From: Vicinamibacterales bacterium
GTDB lineage: Bacteria; Acidobacteriota; Vicinamibacteria; Vicinamibacterales; UBA8438
Assembly: GCA_965215155.1 (NCBI GenBank)
Contig: CBDCCY010000004.1
Span: 3,870,151 to 3,934,150, forward strand
DNA: 64,000 bases
Reading direction: 5' to 3'
This document shows, piece by piece, positions 28,919-39,137 of this stretch. The stretch's first letter is position 1. Every line of letters begins with the position of its first letter. The notes beneath the pieces were generated by a model. That model had not been told where the DNA came from and did not search any database. It worked only from the letters and a program-made list of their open reading frames with translations. A program made the position numbers and the translations under genes.

Positions 28919-29953
28919 ATGACGACGGATACGAATCGCCGGTGGCTCCTCGCGTCGCGCCCGGAAGGGATGGCGGCGGAGGCGAACTTCGAGCGCCGCG
29001 ACGAGCCCCGGCCGCCGGTGGCGGACGGCCAGCTCCTGGTGCGCACGCTCTACCTCTCCGTCGACCCGGCGCTGCGGGGCTGGATGACCGAGGATCCCGA
29101 CTACGTGGCGCCGATCCCGCTCGGCTCCGTGATGCCGGCGGGCGGCCTCGGGCAGGTCGTCGAGTCTCGCCACGACGATTTCCAGGCCGGCGACCTCGTG
29201 TCGGGCCTGCTCGGCTGGCAGGACTACCACCTGACCGACGGGCGGGAAGCGGCGTCGCTGTCGACGTTCGAGGCGGTGCATCCGCTGCCGCTGTACCTCG
29301 GCGTGCTCGGCGGCACGGGCCTCACGGCGTACTTCGGGATGCGCGAGATCGCCCGGCCCAAGGAGGGCGAGACGGTCGTCGTCTCCGGGGCCGCCGGGGC
29401 GACGGGCTCCGTCGCCGCCCAGATCGGCAGGATCATGCAGTGTCGGGTGATCGGCATCGCCGGCGGTGCCGCCAAGTGCGGCTGGCTCACGGCGGAGCTC
29501 GGACTCGACGGGGCCGTCGACTACAAGGCGGAGGACGTCGACGCCCGCCTGACGGAGCTCTGCCCCGGCGGCGTCGACGTCTACTTCGACAACGTCGGGG
29601 GCCCGATGCTGTCCGCCGTGCTCGATCACATGAACCGCTGGGGGCGGGTCGCCCTCTGCGGCATGATCTCCGGCTACAACGCCGGCGCGCCCGCCCCGGG
29701 TCCGGCGAACCTGTTCCGGCTGATCACGCGGCGCATCCGGATGGAGGGCTTCCTGGTGCCCGACTACACCCCCCGCTTCAAGGAGGCGCGCCGGCAGCTC
29801 TCGGCGTGGCTTGCCACCGGGGCGCTCCGCTCGCACGAGGACGTCCGCGAGGGATTCGAGAACATCCCCGCGACGTTCCTCGACCTGTTCCGGGGCGGGA
29901 ACACGGGCAAGCTGATGGTCAGGCTGGCCGACCCCGCGCCCCGGACCGGTTGA
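28919..29953 (+). CDS. NADP-dependent oxidoreductase, medium-chain reductase family (YncB/alkenal reductase-like)
   Basis: [34 protein letters not shown] (cofactor-binding glycine motif) and the C-terminal [11 protein letters not shown]. Confidence 0.85.
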   Translation: MTTDTNRRWLLASRPEGMAAEANFERRDEPRPPVADGQLLVRTLYLSVDPALRGWMTEDPDYVAPIPLGSVMPAGGLGQVVESRHDDFQAGDLVSGLLGWQDYHLTDGREAASLSTFEAVHPLPLYLGVLGGTGLTAYFGMREIARPKEGETVVVSGAAGATGSVAAQIGRIMQCRVIGIAGGAAKCGWLTAELGLDGAVDYKAEDVDARLTELCPGGVDVYFDNVGGPMLSAVLDHMNRWGRVALCGMISGYNAGAPAPGPANLFRLITRRIRMEGFLVPDYTPRFKEARRQLSAWLATGALRSHEDVREGFENIPATFLDLFRGGNTGKLMVRLADPAPRTG

Positions 29954-30120
29954 GCCGCCGAACGCCAAGGCCGGACGGGTCGGAGCGCGGGAAACAGCGC
30001 AGCATTCCGCACTGTTGCCGAAGGCCGCAGTTGGCGGCGCCGGACGCCTTCCGCGGTCGGGTTGCCCCGCCTCGTGCCATCGACCATACTGGCGCGCGGT
30101 CATCGAGGCTGGAGGATCCT

Positions 30121-31632
30121 GTGACGCAGCTCACGCGACGCGAATGGCACCGCCTGACCCTCGGCGGCCTGGCCGCGGCCGCGGCCGGCGTTCTTCCGGG
30201 AGCGGCGCGCCGGGCTGCGGCCGAGTCCCGCTTCGGCGGCGTCCTCATCGGCCTCCAGAGCTTCAGCTTCCGGGACATGACCCTCGACGAGGGGATCGCG
30301 GCGATGCAGCAGCTCGGGATCACGAGCTGCGAGCTGTGGGAGCTGCACGTCGAGCCGCGGGAGCTGCGGCGCCCTGAGAACCGCGAGCGGTTGCGGCGCT
30401 GGCGGACGACCGTCCCGCTCGACTACTTCGCGGAGATCGGCGTCCGCCTCGAGGACGCCGGCATCGGCCTGAGCGCCTACAACCTGAGCTTCAAGGACCA
30501 CTTTTCCGACGCCGAGATCGCGCGCGGGTTCGAGATGGCGGCGGCGCTCGGGGCCCCGGCCATCACGGCCTCGGCCCAGATGAACAGCGTTCCCCGCATC
30601 GCCCGCTACGCCGAGCGCTTCGGCATGCCGGTGGCGATGCACAACCACTCGCGCGTCGATCCCAACGAGTTCGCGACGCCGGACGACTTCGCGCGGGCGA
30701 TGCGGATGGGCGGCGCGGCCCCCATCGCCGTCAACCTCGACATCGGCCACATGGTGGCGGCCAACCACGATCCGCTCGCCTACCTCCGGGAGAACCACGA
30801 GCGCATCGTCACCATCCACCTCAAGGACCGCCGCCGCGACCAGGGCCCCAACACGCCGTGGGGCGAAGGCGACACGCCGATCCGGGAGACCCTGCTGCTG
30901 CTCCGCGACGAGGGCTGGGACATCCCGGCGAACATCGAGTACGAGTACGCGGGCGGCGACACGCTGACCGAGCTCGGGCGCTGCCTCGACTACTGCAAGG
31001 ACGTGCTCGGCGCCGGGAGCGGTCGGGCTGCCGGCGGCTGGCGGCCGCTCTTCGACGGGACGTCGACGGCAGCCTGGCGCGGCTACAAGCAGGACGCGCT
31101 ACCGGACGGCTGGCAGGTGGTGGACGGCACCCTCGCGCGGGTCGGCGCGGGGGGCGACATCGTCACCGTCGACGAGTTCGAGAGCTTCGAGCTCCGCTTC
31201 GAGTGGCAGGTCGAGACCAGCGGCAACAGCGGGGTCTTCTTCGCCGTGTCGGAGGAGATCGACGGCCCGGTCTGGTTCAGCGGCCCCGAGTACCAGGTTC
31301 TGGACAATCCCGGGCACCGCGACGGCGAGGCGCCGATCACGTCCGCCGGCAGCAACTACGCCGTGCATCCGCCGTCCCGAGACGTGACGCGCCCCGCCGG
31401 CGAGTGGAATCGCTCGCGGCTGATCGTCGATCGCGGCCGGGTGGAGCACTGGATGAACGACACCCACCTGCTGACCTACGACCTCGGCAGCGCCGACTGG
31501 CAGGCGCGTGTCGCTGCGAGCAAGTTCGCGGACCTGCCGAGCTACGGGCGCGTGCGCCGCGGCCGCATCGCGATCCAGGACCATGGCGATCCGGTGCGCT
31601 TCCGCGACATCCGGATCCGGGAGCTCGAATGA
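30121..31632 (+). CDS. Tat-signal protein fusing a xylose-isomerase-like TIM barrel to a DUF1080 (3-keto-disaccharide hydrolase-like) jelly-roll domain
   Basis: A twin-arginine-like [19 protein letters not shown], a TIM-barrel part (ITSCELW...AMHNHS...NLDIGH...HLKD...NIEYEY), and a C-terminal [16 protein letters not shown]...NSGVFF...EYQVLDN...[20 protein letters not shown]. The GTG at 30121 follows a ggagga RBS. Confidence 0.75.
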   Translation: MTQLTRREWHRLTLGGLAAAAAGVLPGAARRAAAESRFGGVLIGLQSFSFRDMTLDEGIAAMQQLGITSCELWELHVEPRELRRPENRERLRRWRTTVPLDYFAEIGVRLEDAGIGLSAYNLSFKDHFSDAEIARGFEMAAALGAPAITASAQMNSVPRIARYAERFGMPVAMHNHSRVDPNEFATPDDFARAMRMGGAAPIAVNLDIGHMVAANHDPLAYLRENHERIVTIHLKDRRRDQGPNTPWGEGDTPIRETLLLLRDEGWDIPANIEYEYAGGDTLTELGRCLDYCKDVLGAGSGRAAGGWRPLFDGTSTAAWRGYKQDALPDGWQVVDGTLARVGAGGDIVTVDEFESFELRFEWQVETSGNSGVFFAVSEEIDGPVWFSGPEYQVLDNPGHRDGEAPITSAGSNYAVHPPSRDVTRPAGEWNRSRLIVDRGRVEHWMNDTHLLTYDLGSADWQARVAASKFADLPSYGRVRRGRIAIQDHGDPVRFRDIRIRELE

Positions 31633-31639
31633 GCCGCCG

Positions 31640-32869
31640 ATGACCGCGAGCGTTCGCTTCCGGCTCTCCGCGATGATGTTCGTGCAGTATTTTATCTGGG
31701 GGGCGTGGTCGGTACCGCTCGGCACCTACCTCGGCGGGCCGCTGGCGTTCGGGGGCGAGCAGATCGGGCTCGTCTTCGGCACGACGGCCATCGCCGCGAT
31801 GGTCTCGCCCTTCTTCGTCGGCATGGTCGCGGACCGGTTCTTCGCCACGGAGAAGCTGCTCGCGGCGCTGCACGTCGCGGGCGGCGTGCTGCTGTTCGCA
31901 ACCTCGCGGCAGGAGTCGTTCGGCGCCTTCTACGCCGTGCTGCTCGCCTACGCGCTGTGCTACATGCCGACGCTGGCGCTCACGAACGCGATCGCGTTCC
32001 GGCAGATGGCGGACCCGGGGCGGCAGTTCCCGGCCGTCCGCGTGCTCGGCACCATCGGCTGGATCGCGGCGGGGCTGGCGGTCGGCTTTCTCGCCCTCGA
32101 GGACACCGCGCGCCCGCTGCAGATCGCCGCCGCCGCGTCGGTGGTGCTCGGCGTCTTCTGCCTGGCGTTGCCGCACACGCCGCCGGCGCGGGCCGCGACG
32201 CGGGTCACGGCGCGCGACGTGCTCGGCCTGGACGCACTCCGCCTGCTGCGCGAGCGTTCCTTCGCGGTGTTCGTCGCCGGCTCGTTCCTGGTCTGCATCC
32301 CGCTGCAGTTCTACTACACGTTCGCCAACCCGTTCCTGAACGAGATCGGGGTCGCCAACGCCGCGGGCAAGATGACCCTCGGCCAGGCGTCCGAGATCGG
32401 CTTCATGTTGCTGATGCCCTGGCTCCTCGTCCGGCTGGGCGTCAAGCGGCTCCTGCTGGTCGGGATGCTGGCCTGGGCGCTGCGCTACGTCCTGTTCGCC
32501 TACGGCGACCCGGGGCCCGGCGTCTGGATGCTCTACGGCGGCATCCTCCTGCACGGCGTCTGCTACGACTTCTTCTTCGTCACCGGCCAGATCTACGTCG
32601 ACAGGAAGGCGCCCGCCGACCTGCGCGCCGCCGCGCAGGGCTTCATCGCGTTCGTGACCCTCGGCGCGGGAGGGCTGATCGGCACGTGGCTCTCGGGGCG
32701 CGTCGTGGATGCCTACGCGGTGCCCGGGGGAGCACCGGTGCACGCATGGGGGGCGATCTGGCTCGTTCCCGCGATCTGGTCCGCCGTCGTGCTGCTCCTG
32801 GTCGCGGTCTTCTTCACGCACCGCGAGGGGCCGGCGCCGCGGTCCGAGGCGGCGGCGGTCGCAGCCTGA
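31640..32869 (+). CDS. MFS nucleoside:H+ symporter family permease (NupG/XapB-like)
   Basis: [26 protein letters not shown]...[23 protein letters not shown] is characteristic of the Nuc_H_symport family. About 12 hydrophobic helices. Confidence 0.8.
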   Translation: MTASVRFRLSAMMFVQYFIWGAWSVPLGTYLGGPLAFGGEQIGLVFGTTAIAAMVSPFFVGMVADRFFATEKLLAALHVAGGVLLFATSRQESFGAFYAVLLAYALCYMPTLALTNAIAFRQMADPGRQFPAVRVLGTIGWIAAGLAVGFLALEDTARPLQIAAAASVVLGVFCLALPHTPPARAATRVTARDVLGLDALRLLRERSFAVFVAGSFLVCIPLQFYYTFANPFLNEIGVANAAGKMTLGQASEIGFMLLMPWLLVRLGVKRLLLVGMLAWALRYVLFAYGDPGPGVWMLYGGILLHGVCYDFFFVTGQIYVDRKAPADLRAAAQGFIAFVTLGAGGLIGTWLSGRVVDAYAVPGGAPVHAWGAIWLVPAIWSAVVLLLVAVFFTHREGPAPRSEAAAVAA

Positions 32870-32925
32870 CGCCGCGGGCGTCGTGAGCGCGCTTCGTGAG
32901 CGCGCTTCGGCCGCCGGCCCGGCAG

Positions 32926-34263
32926 TCACTCGACCGACACGCGCAGGACGGGCGGTCTCGACAATCCACGCGCCGCGAACCACGTGTAGCCCTCGACCAC
33001 CAGATCGAAGTGCAGGTCGTACGTCCCCGGTCTCTCCAGGGCGGGCAGCACGAGCCGCGGCGTGACCCGATCCCCGGGTTCGACGTCCCGGTCGAGCCCG
33101 GCGCGATGCCAGTCGAAGTCGATCACCTTCCCGAGCGGGTCGCCCGCCTCGTGGAGGTGGACGCCGAGACGCGTCCACCCGGAGCGCCTGGAACCGGCGC
33201 CGCGCTGCAGCCAGCGCGTGTCTCCGGTATTCGCCACCCGTAGCGCCACGCGCAGTTCCCGTCCCCGGGGCAGCGCCACCGTCCCGGTAGGGCGCAGGAG
33301 GCGGAGGCGGGCTCCCAGGCGACCGGGGCGGGCCGTCGTCGCCACCGAGCCGCCTTTGTACAGCAGTAGGCAGTGATGCCGCGTCAACTCGTGACAGAGC
33401 TCGGACCAGTAGCGGCGGAAACCGACGCCGCCCCGGAACCGTCCGATGCCGCCGGCCGGCAACTCGAAGCGCTTCGTCGGTCCTTCCGCCAGCACGTTCA
33501 CCTCGCGGAAGCCGACCGCCTCGGCGAGCGCGGCGAGGTCTTCGACGACGAGCTCGTTCTCCAGTACCTCCCAACGGAGGGTCTCGGCAACGCTGGTCGG
33601 GCTCGATGCGTGTCCCTGGCCCGGCTCGGACATGGCCACGACTCCGTCGGGAACGAGGATCCGATGCATCTCGGCAAGCAGCTCCCGCTGGTTGGGAATG
33701 TGGTGGAAGGCGTCGTAGAGCACGACGCGGTCGCAGGACCCGTCGTCGAGCGGCAGGCGATGCCCGTCGTAGGGCAGGAAGCGCGGCTCCAGCGACCAGT
33801 TCGTCGAGGGATCGCGCTCGAAGCGCTGCCGCCCGAGGTGGAGCACGGTGGGCGACACGTCGACAGCGATCGTGCGGCACCCGTAACGGTTCAGCAGGTG
33901 GGACAGCCAGCAGGATCCGGCGCCGATCTCGACCACGGTGTCGCCCGGCTGCAGCCGCGCGCCGGCGATCAGCGCCCCGGCGTCGATGAGGAAGCGCGCG
34001 AGCAGCGTGGGGTCGCTGAAGGGCTTGGTCAGCAGCAACCACGGCTCCGGATGGTCGGCGAAGTACCGCTCGGCGGCCCTGTTGTATTCCGCGGCGCGCG
34101 CCACCGTTGCGCCGTCCTCGACGGCCCGACCGCGGCGCTTCGGACGCCGAAACGGCAGCAGGGCCACCCGCAGTACCGGCTCCCAGGTTGCCTGGGCGGC
34201 CCGCAGCAACCCGGGAAAGCGGTCGAAGATGCGGATCGCGGCCGCCCGCAGGAAGGAGATCAT
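32926..34263 (-). CDS. Class I SAM-dependent methyltransferase with a C-terminal beta-sandwich-like domain
   Basis: SAM motif I VVEIGAGSCWLS and VVLYDAFHH. The C-terminal approximately 130 aa (VANTGDTRW...GTYDLHFDLVVEG) resembles Ig/NBR1-like modules. The ATG at 34263 was verified. Confidence 0.7.
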   Translation of the reverse strand: MISFLRAAAIRIFDRFPGLLRAAQATWEPVLRVALLPFRRPKRRGRAVEDGATVARAAEYNRAAERYFADHPEPWLLLTKPFSDPTLLARFLIDAGALIAGARLQPGDTVVEIGAGSCWLSHLLNRYGCRTIAVDVSPTVLHLGRQRFERDPSTNWSLEPRFLPYDGHRLPLDDGSCDRVVLYDAFHHIPNQRELLAEMHRILVPDGVVAMSEPGQGHASSPTSVAETLRWEVLENELVVEDLAALAEAVGFREVNVLAEGPTKRFELPAGGIGRFRGGVGFRRYWSELCHELTRHHCLLLYKGGSVATTARPGRLGARLRLLRPTGTVALPRGRELRVALRVANTGDTRWLQRGAGSRRSGWTRLGVHLHEAGDPLGKVIDFDWHRAGLDRDVEPGDRVTPRLVLPALERPGTYDLHFDLVVEGYTWFAARGLSRPPVLRVSVE

Positions 34264-34534
34264 GACCGGTCGTCCGGCGCGCTTCGCGCGCGTACCCGTG
34301 CGGATCGTAGCGTGCCGGCACGGTCGTGCGGCGAGCACCGGCGCGGACACGTCGCGCAGCGGTGGCGGCCCGCGTCTCGCAGCGCGCGTATGGGGTACGA
34401 TTGGCGGGTCCGGTCGGCGGCCAGCGACCCGACCGGGGTGGGCGGCCCGCTCCAGACGGGCGCGCAGGCTCTCAGGTGGCGCGGGATCCTTCGCAGGCAG
34501 GTCCTCGCCCGGCGGCGGCGCGGGTATCCGGCAC

Positions 34535-35188
34535 ATGTCCTCCAGCGACACTCCGAGCGAACACGTCGGCGCCGCGGGTCCGGCCGCAGACGCGAAGCGG
34601 ATCTGCGTCTACCTGGGCGGCAACCTCGGGCGGGAGCAGCGGTACATCGACGAGGCCCAGACGTTGGGCCGCCTGATGGCGGTGAACGGCATCGGGCTGG
34701 TGTACGGCGGCGCCCGGGTCGGACTGATGGGCGTGCTGGCCAGAACCGTGCTCGAGCACGGCGGCGCGGTCACCGGTGTCGTCCCGCGGCAGCTCTCCTA
34801 TCAGGACCTCGCCCTCGACAGCCTGAGCGAGCTGCACGTCGTCGACACGATGCACGAGCGGAAGCACCTGATGCAGTCGCTGGCCCACGCCTGCCTGGCG
34901 CTGCCGGGCGGCTTCGGTACGCTCGAGGAGATGTTCGAGGCGCTGACGTGGTCGCAGCGGCCGCTCGAGCTGCACGAGAAACCGTGCGTCTTCCTCAACA
35001 TCGACGGCTACTACGACCACCTCTTCGAGTTCCTGGATCACGCCGCCGCGCGAGGTCTTCTGCTTCCGGAGAACCGGGCGCTCGCACGGCAGGCGCCGAC
35101 CGCCGAAACGGCGCTGCAGGCGATCCGCAAGGTTTGGGCGGACGAGGAGGCGGCGATGCTCCAGGTGATGCGCGCGTACGAACAGTGA
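34535..35188 (+). CDS. LOG-family protein (TIGR00730; cytokinin riboside 5'-monophosphate phosphoribohydrolase-like)
   Basis: ICVYLGGNLG...GLVYGGARVGLMG...VTGVVP...MHERK...LPGGFGTLEEMFE are canonical LOG motifs. Confidence 0.85.
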   Translation: MSSSDTPSEHVGAAGPAADAKRICVYLGGNLGREQRYIDEAQTLGRLMAVNGIGLVYGGARVGLMGVLARTVLEHGGAVTGVVPRQLSYQDLALDSLSELHVVDTMHERKHLMQSLAHACLALPGGFGTLEEMFEALTWSQRPLELHEKPCVFLNIDGYYDHLFEFLDHAAARGLLLPENRALARQAPTAETALQAIRKVWADEEAAMLQVMRAYEQ

Positions 35189-35285
35189 GCGGCGCGGTGA
35201 CGCGCGGGTGCGCCTTCGCGGGCGGCGGCGTCTCGCCCGCGGAGGAGCGTTCGACGGGCGCACAGTATCCGCCCGCCCGCCGGCG

Positions 35286-35627
35286 TCAGGCCGAGCCCGG
35301 TGCCGACGCCTCGCGCGACTCGGTGATCGGGATGATCCGATCGAAGCCGCTGATCCGGAAGACCTCCTGGATGTGGTTCTTCATCGCGCACAGGACGAGC
35401 GAACCGTCGGCTGTCTTGAGCGCCTTCGCCGCGATGAGCAGCACGCGCATGCCGGCGCTGCTGATGAAGTCGAGTCGGCTGAAGTCGACGATCAACCGCC
35501 GCTCCCCGCCGCCGATGCGCTCCATGACGATCGACTCGAAGGCGCGGGCGTTGCTGCTGTCCAGCCTTCCGACCGGAAGCAGTACCAGCGCGTCGTCCGT
35601 CCGCTCTTCCGCCACTTCGATGTTCAT
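35286..35627 (-). CDS. STAS-domain anti-sigma-factor antagonist (SpoIIAA/RsbV-like)
   Basis: LLPVGRLDSSNARAFE...LIVDFSRLDFISSAGMRVLL contains the conserved phosphorylatable DFISS(A)G segment. The ATG overlaps the upstream stop as ATGA. Confidence 0.85.
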   Translation of the reverse strand: MNIEVAEERTDDALVLLPVGRLDSSNARAFESIVMERIGGGERRLIVDFSRLDFISSAGMRVLLIAAKALKTADGSLVLCAMKNHIQEVFRISGFDRIIPITESREASAPGSA

Positions 35628-36085
35628 CGCTGCTCCTCGTCGCTCCGCCGGCCTCCTCCGGAGGCCGGCGAGGTGAGATCGTGCTCCAGGGTCAGACGGT
35701 TGCGGCCGCCCTCGAACTCGTAGGTCACGCGATCCGCGAAGGTCTTGATGATGTGCAGTCCAAGCCCGCCGATCGGCCGGCGCTCCATCGGCGCGTCCAC
35801 GTCGGGGTTGTCGACGGCGGTCGGATCGAACCTGTGCCCGTTGTCCACCGTCGTCAGCACCAGCGCATCCCCGTCGAGCCGCACCGTCACCTCGATCCGC
35901 GGGTCCGCGACACCATCGAAACCGTACGTCACGGAGTTTGTGATCAACTCGTCGAGCGCCAGGTTGATCATGTAGATCTTCGGATGGGGCAAGGCGTTGG
36001 CGTCGCCGAACTCCTCCACCATTCGGGACAGGCTGCGCACTGCCGACAACCGGGGCGACAGCGCAACGTGAAACTCGTCCATCAT
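35624..36085 (-). CDS. Anti-sigma regulatory factor, serine-protein kinase (SpoIIAB/RsbW-like HATPase_c)
   Basis: LALDELITNSVTYGF (N-box), TTVDNGHRFDP (G1-like) and RRPIGGLGLHIIKTFADRV (G2). Confidence 0.8.
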   Translation of the reverse strand: MMDEFHVALSPRLSAVRSLSRMVEEFGDANALPHPKIYMINLALDELITNSVTYGFDGVADPRIEVTVRLDGDALVLTTVDNGHRFDPTAVDNPDVDAPMERRPIGGLGLHIIKTFADRVTYEFEGGRNRLTLEHDLTSPASGGGRRSDEEQR

Positions 36086-36171
36086 GATCGACCCCGGCAG
36101 GGTCGTTGCGAGCCGGCCCCCGACGCCCATCCCGTCGCTTCGACTCGCGCCCCCGCAGGTGGGGTGCCGTC

Positions 36172-38355
36172 CTACGGCGCAGACTCCTGATCCTTGGCGA
36201 AGGCCAGCCAGGTTCCGCGGAGGCCCGTCTGACCGATGCCGGGTCGCGTCCAGTCGCACACTCCGCCGGCGAAGATCGACCGCAGCTCGGCCTCGTCCTC
36301 CGCGGAGAATGTTACCGCGTAGTCCGACGGATCGACCGGCTTCGTCCGGCACTTGATGATGTCGCTCGCCACCGGGGCGCCGGCGACCTCGCGCGGCCCG
36401 GGCGCCGAAGGATAGAGCGCCTCGCAGCGGCCGCTGCCGCGCACCTGCTCCTCGACGATGCGGGCCGGATGTTCGTCCCGGGACCAGCAGGCGTCCGTGA
36501 GCTCGCGCGGCCGCGCCCGCACCAGGCGCTCGATGCGCGGGCCGTCCGATGGATCCGCGGCCAGGTTCGCCAGCCAGCGATCCATCTGAGCGAGGGCTCC
36601 CTGGAGCACCGGACTGCTGCTGCTGCTGTAGAGGCCGTGACGATCGTCCTCCACGAGCATCACATGGTTGTCGGTCCGTCCGTTCGCCTTGCGCAGCCGC
36701 TCGCGCATCGAGAACGAGTGGTAGCGCACGTGGACGTCCCCGTTCTCCCGGTCGTCGCTGTAGGCGCGGTAGTCGATGATGGGCGTCTCGGCGAGGCCGC
36801 CGCCCCCGTTGGTCAGGCGGCCGGTCTCGTAGGCGAGCCGGACGGCCTCCGGATCGGCCACCGTCCGCTCCGCCTGGAACCGCCCGTCCTGGTCGTAGCC
36901 GCCGATCCGCCGGTTCAGGTCGAGGAACTGGGCGGCCGTTATGACGCCGTCGTTCAGGGCGGCCAGACCGTACTGCACGCCGGTGTTGTCGAGAGGCCGC
37001 CGGGCGAAGCCGGTCTCGGCGTCCCGGCCGTAGATGTTCACGTAGTGGCTGTAGACGTCGCAGCGCGCCCCGTCGGGATTGCCGCTGGGGTGGTACTGCA
37101 CGTGCTCGGGCAGGACGTCCGGGCAGAACTCCCCCACGTGGACCCGGCCGGCGTTGCGCGACACATTGGGCATCGTCGCCAGCGTCAGGAATCCGGCGAC
37201 CGCCCGCTGCTCCTCCTCCGTGAAGGCGACGGTCGCCGTCTCGCGGAAGTAGCGGTCGAGCAGCCGGGCGTCGGTGACCATCGGGATGGTGCCGAAGCCG
37301 ACGTCGGGAAAGCTGCAGCCCGGAATGATGCCGTCGAGCAGGCCGGGGTAGTTGTCGGCGATCTGGTGGTTCTGGTACGAGCCACCCGAGCAGCCCCACC
37401 CGATGGTGTAGCGCGGGGGGCCGTAAGCCTCGACGAAGCGCTCCTTGACGAGCATCATCGTCTCGGCGGCCAGCACGTCGTTGCAGTTGTTGCCGTAGAC
37501 GTTCAGGCTGGCCGACGCGACGGCGTAGCCCTGCCGCAGCATCACGTCGTCGGTGACGCCGCCCGTGCGGGCTCCCTGGCGGTACCAGCCGTTCACACAG
37601 CCGCCGCCGAACGTGTAGATGAGACGCCCGTTCCAGCCCGGGGAGGCGGTCCAGGGGTCGATCTCCGCATGGCCGGCGCCCGGCGCGTGCAGCAGGGCGA
37701 TCTGGTAGACGGCGCGGTTCGCAGTGCCGGTCTCGATGCGGACGACGTACGGCACCTCGCTGCCGTCCAGAGTGGTCGTCATGGCCACGTCGGTCGGCAG
37801 GATCGCCGGATCCGCCAGCGGCGTCAGGGTCTCCGCCCCCGCGGCGCGGTAGGCGTAGTCGACGCGGCGGGCGATCGAGCAGTGCTCGTCGAGCGGCGCG
37901 CCGAGCGTATCGCCCGACGGCAGCTCGAACGCTTCCGTCTCGCAGACGAACGGCTGCTCGTGCGGTCCGGAGAAGATCGGACCGTGGGCCGGGTGGTTGA
38001 GGAGCGTCAGGGACGCCGCCGGGGCATCTCCGAGGGTGACCGACACCTCGTTCGCTCCGAGCCGCAACCCGTCCACCATCCCGACGAGCCGCCCCGTCCC
38101 GGCGTCCTGGCGGAAGGCCGAAGTCGCGTCGCGGCCGTCGACTGCGACCCGCAGGTCGGCCGGAGCAACGCCGGGCGGCAGGGAGATCCCCAGCAACGCG
38201 TCGCCGCCGCTCACCGTATCGGGGCGACTCGACAGCACCGACAGCTCGATGCCGTCGTCGGCCGCGCGCGCCGGCGAGATCGTGAGACCCGCCAGCATCC
38301 CTACCAGCACCGGGCCAATCGCTGACCCGCGCGCTACCGTTCCAGGCTTCGGCAT
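36172..38355 (-). CDS. Exported alpha/beta-hydrolase-like protein, tannase/feruloyl-esterase-like (DUF6351-like)
   Basis: A signal peptide (LVGMLAGLTISPARA) and a nucleophile elbow GWGCSGGS with the Cys-Ser pair typical of the tannase family. Family assignment is from memory only. Confidence 0.5.
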   Translation of the reverse strand: MPKPGTVARGSAIGPVLVGMLAGLTISPARAADDGIELSVLSSRPDTVSGGDALLGISLPPGVAPADLRVAVDGRDATSAFRQDAGTGRLVGMVDGLRLGANEVSVTLGDAPAASLTLLNHPAHGPIFSGPHEQPFVCETEAFELPSGDTLGAPLDEHCSIARRVDYAYRAAGAETLTPLADPAILPTDVAMTTTLDGSEVPYVVRIETGTANRAVYQIALLHAPGAGHAEIDPWTASPGWNGRLIYTFGGGCVNGWYRQGARTGGVTDDVMLRQGYAVASASLNVYGNNCNDVLAAETMMLVKERFVEAYGPPRYTIGWGCSGGSYQNHQIADNYPGLLDGIIPGCSFPDVGFGTIPMVTDARLLDRYFRETATVAFTEEEQRAVAGFLTLATMPNVSRNAGRVHVGEFCPDVLPEHVQYHPSGNPDGARCDVYSHYVNIYGRDAETGFARRPLDNTGVQYGLAALNDGVITAAQFLDLNRRIGGYDQDGRFQAERTVADPEAVRLAYETGRLTNGGGGLAETPIIDYRAYSDDRENGDVHVRYHSFSMRERLRKANGRTDNHVMLVEDDRHGLYSSSSSPVLQGALAQMDRWLANLAADPSDGPRIERLVRARPRELTDACWSRDEHPARIVEEQVRGSGRCEALYPSAPGPREVAGAPVASDIIKCRTKPVDPSDYAVTFSAEDEAELRSIFAGGVCDWTRPGIGQTGLRGTWLAFAKDQESAP

Positions 38356-38457
38356 GGCTCGCTCCCCTCCCGAGGTTTCGCAGCAGGAAGATTACACGGA
38401 CGGCGCCGGTGAAAGGGAAACGGCCTCCCGCGCGAGCCGCGTGTGCCGGCCGCAACG

Positions 38458-38505
38458 GCCGAGCGCCGTGCCCGCGGCCGGGGGCCGCCGGACACGGCGC
38501 TCGGC
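38458..38505. terminator. 13-bp perfect stem-loop downstream of the NIPSNAP-like gene
   Basis: gccgagcgccgtg (38458-38470) and cacggcgctcggc (38493-38505) are exact reverse complements. No U-tract. Confidence 0.4.
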
Positions 38506-38524
38506 GTGTCGGACGCGGACTCCG

Positions 38525-39001
38525 CTACTTGAGCGACGAGTAGTCGCTGGCGCTCATCATGATGACTTCCGCGCCTTCGAGCGGCGCCGGGTACTTCGCC
38601 AGGAGCGGCTCCCAGTCGGGGTCCTCGCGGAACCCGTTCCAGACCTCGGTCCGGTGCGCGCGGTCGCGATAGGCGAGCATCCAGATGAGCGTGTTCGGAT
38701 CGTCGAGGCTCTGCCAGACGGCGACGACCTTGGCGCCGTGCTTCTCGAAGATCGACACCTCGCCGTTGCGGAACCGGTCGTGCAGCTCGTTGATGCCGCC
38801 CGTGGTCTCGCCGTCCTCGGTGACGGCCGGCCGCGCGGTGTACATGCGAATCTCGAAGCAGCGCGAATCCTCCGCCACGTTCTTCTTGAGCTCGTCCGAC
38901 AGGTCGCCGGCCGGTCCGCACGGCGGAAGCGGCTCGTCCTGGGCGCTGGCGGCGCCGGTGAGTGCAAGGGCCACGACGACGGCGAGAAAGACTGATCGCA
39001 T
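38525..39001 (-). CDS. Exported NIPSNAP-family protein
   Basis: A signal peptide (MRSVFLAVVVALALTGAASA), then CFEIRMYT...FEKHGAKVVAVW...LIWMLAYRDRAHRTEVWNGF, a dimeric alpha-beta barrel NIPSNAP pattern. Confidence 0.65.
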   Translation of the reverse strand: MRSVFLAVVVALALTGAASAQDEPLPPCGPAGDLSDELKKNVAEDSRCFEIRMYTARPAVTEDGETTGGINELHDRFRNGEVSIFEKHGAKVVAVWQSLDDPNTLIWMLAYRDRAHRTEVWNGFREDPDWEPLLAKYPAPLEGAEVIMMSASDYSSLK

Positions 39002-39137
39002 TCCTGATCCCCTCCGGGTTGGTGTTGCCAAGTCCGGCGGCGTCTTCCCCGCCGCACGGACGCGACCCGCCTGCTGCACGCGGACCGCGTCCGCATTGTA
39101 CGGCAGCCGGTGCCGTGCGGAAAGGGCGCGCGCCCGT

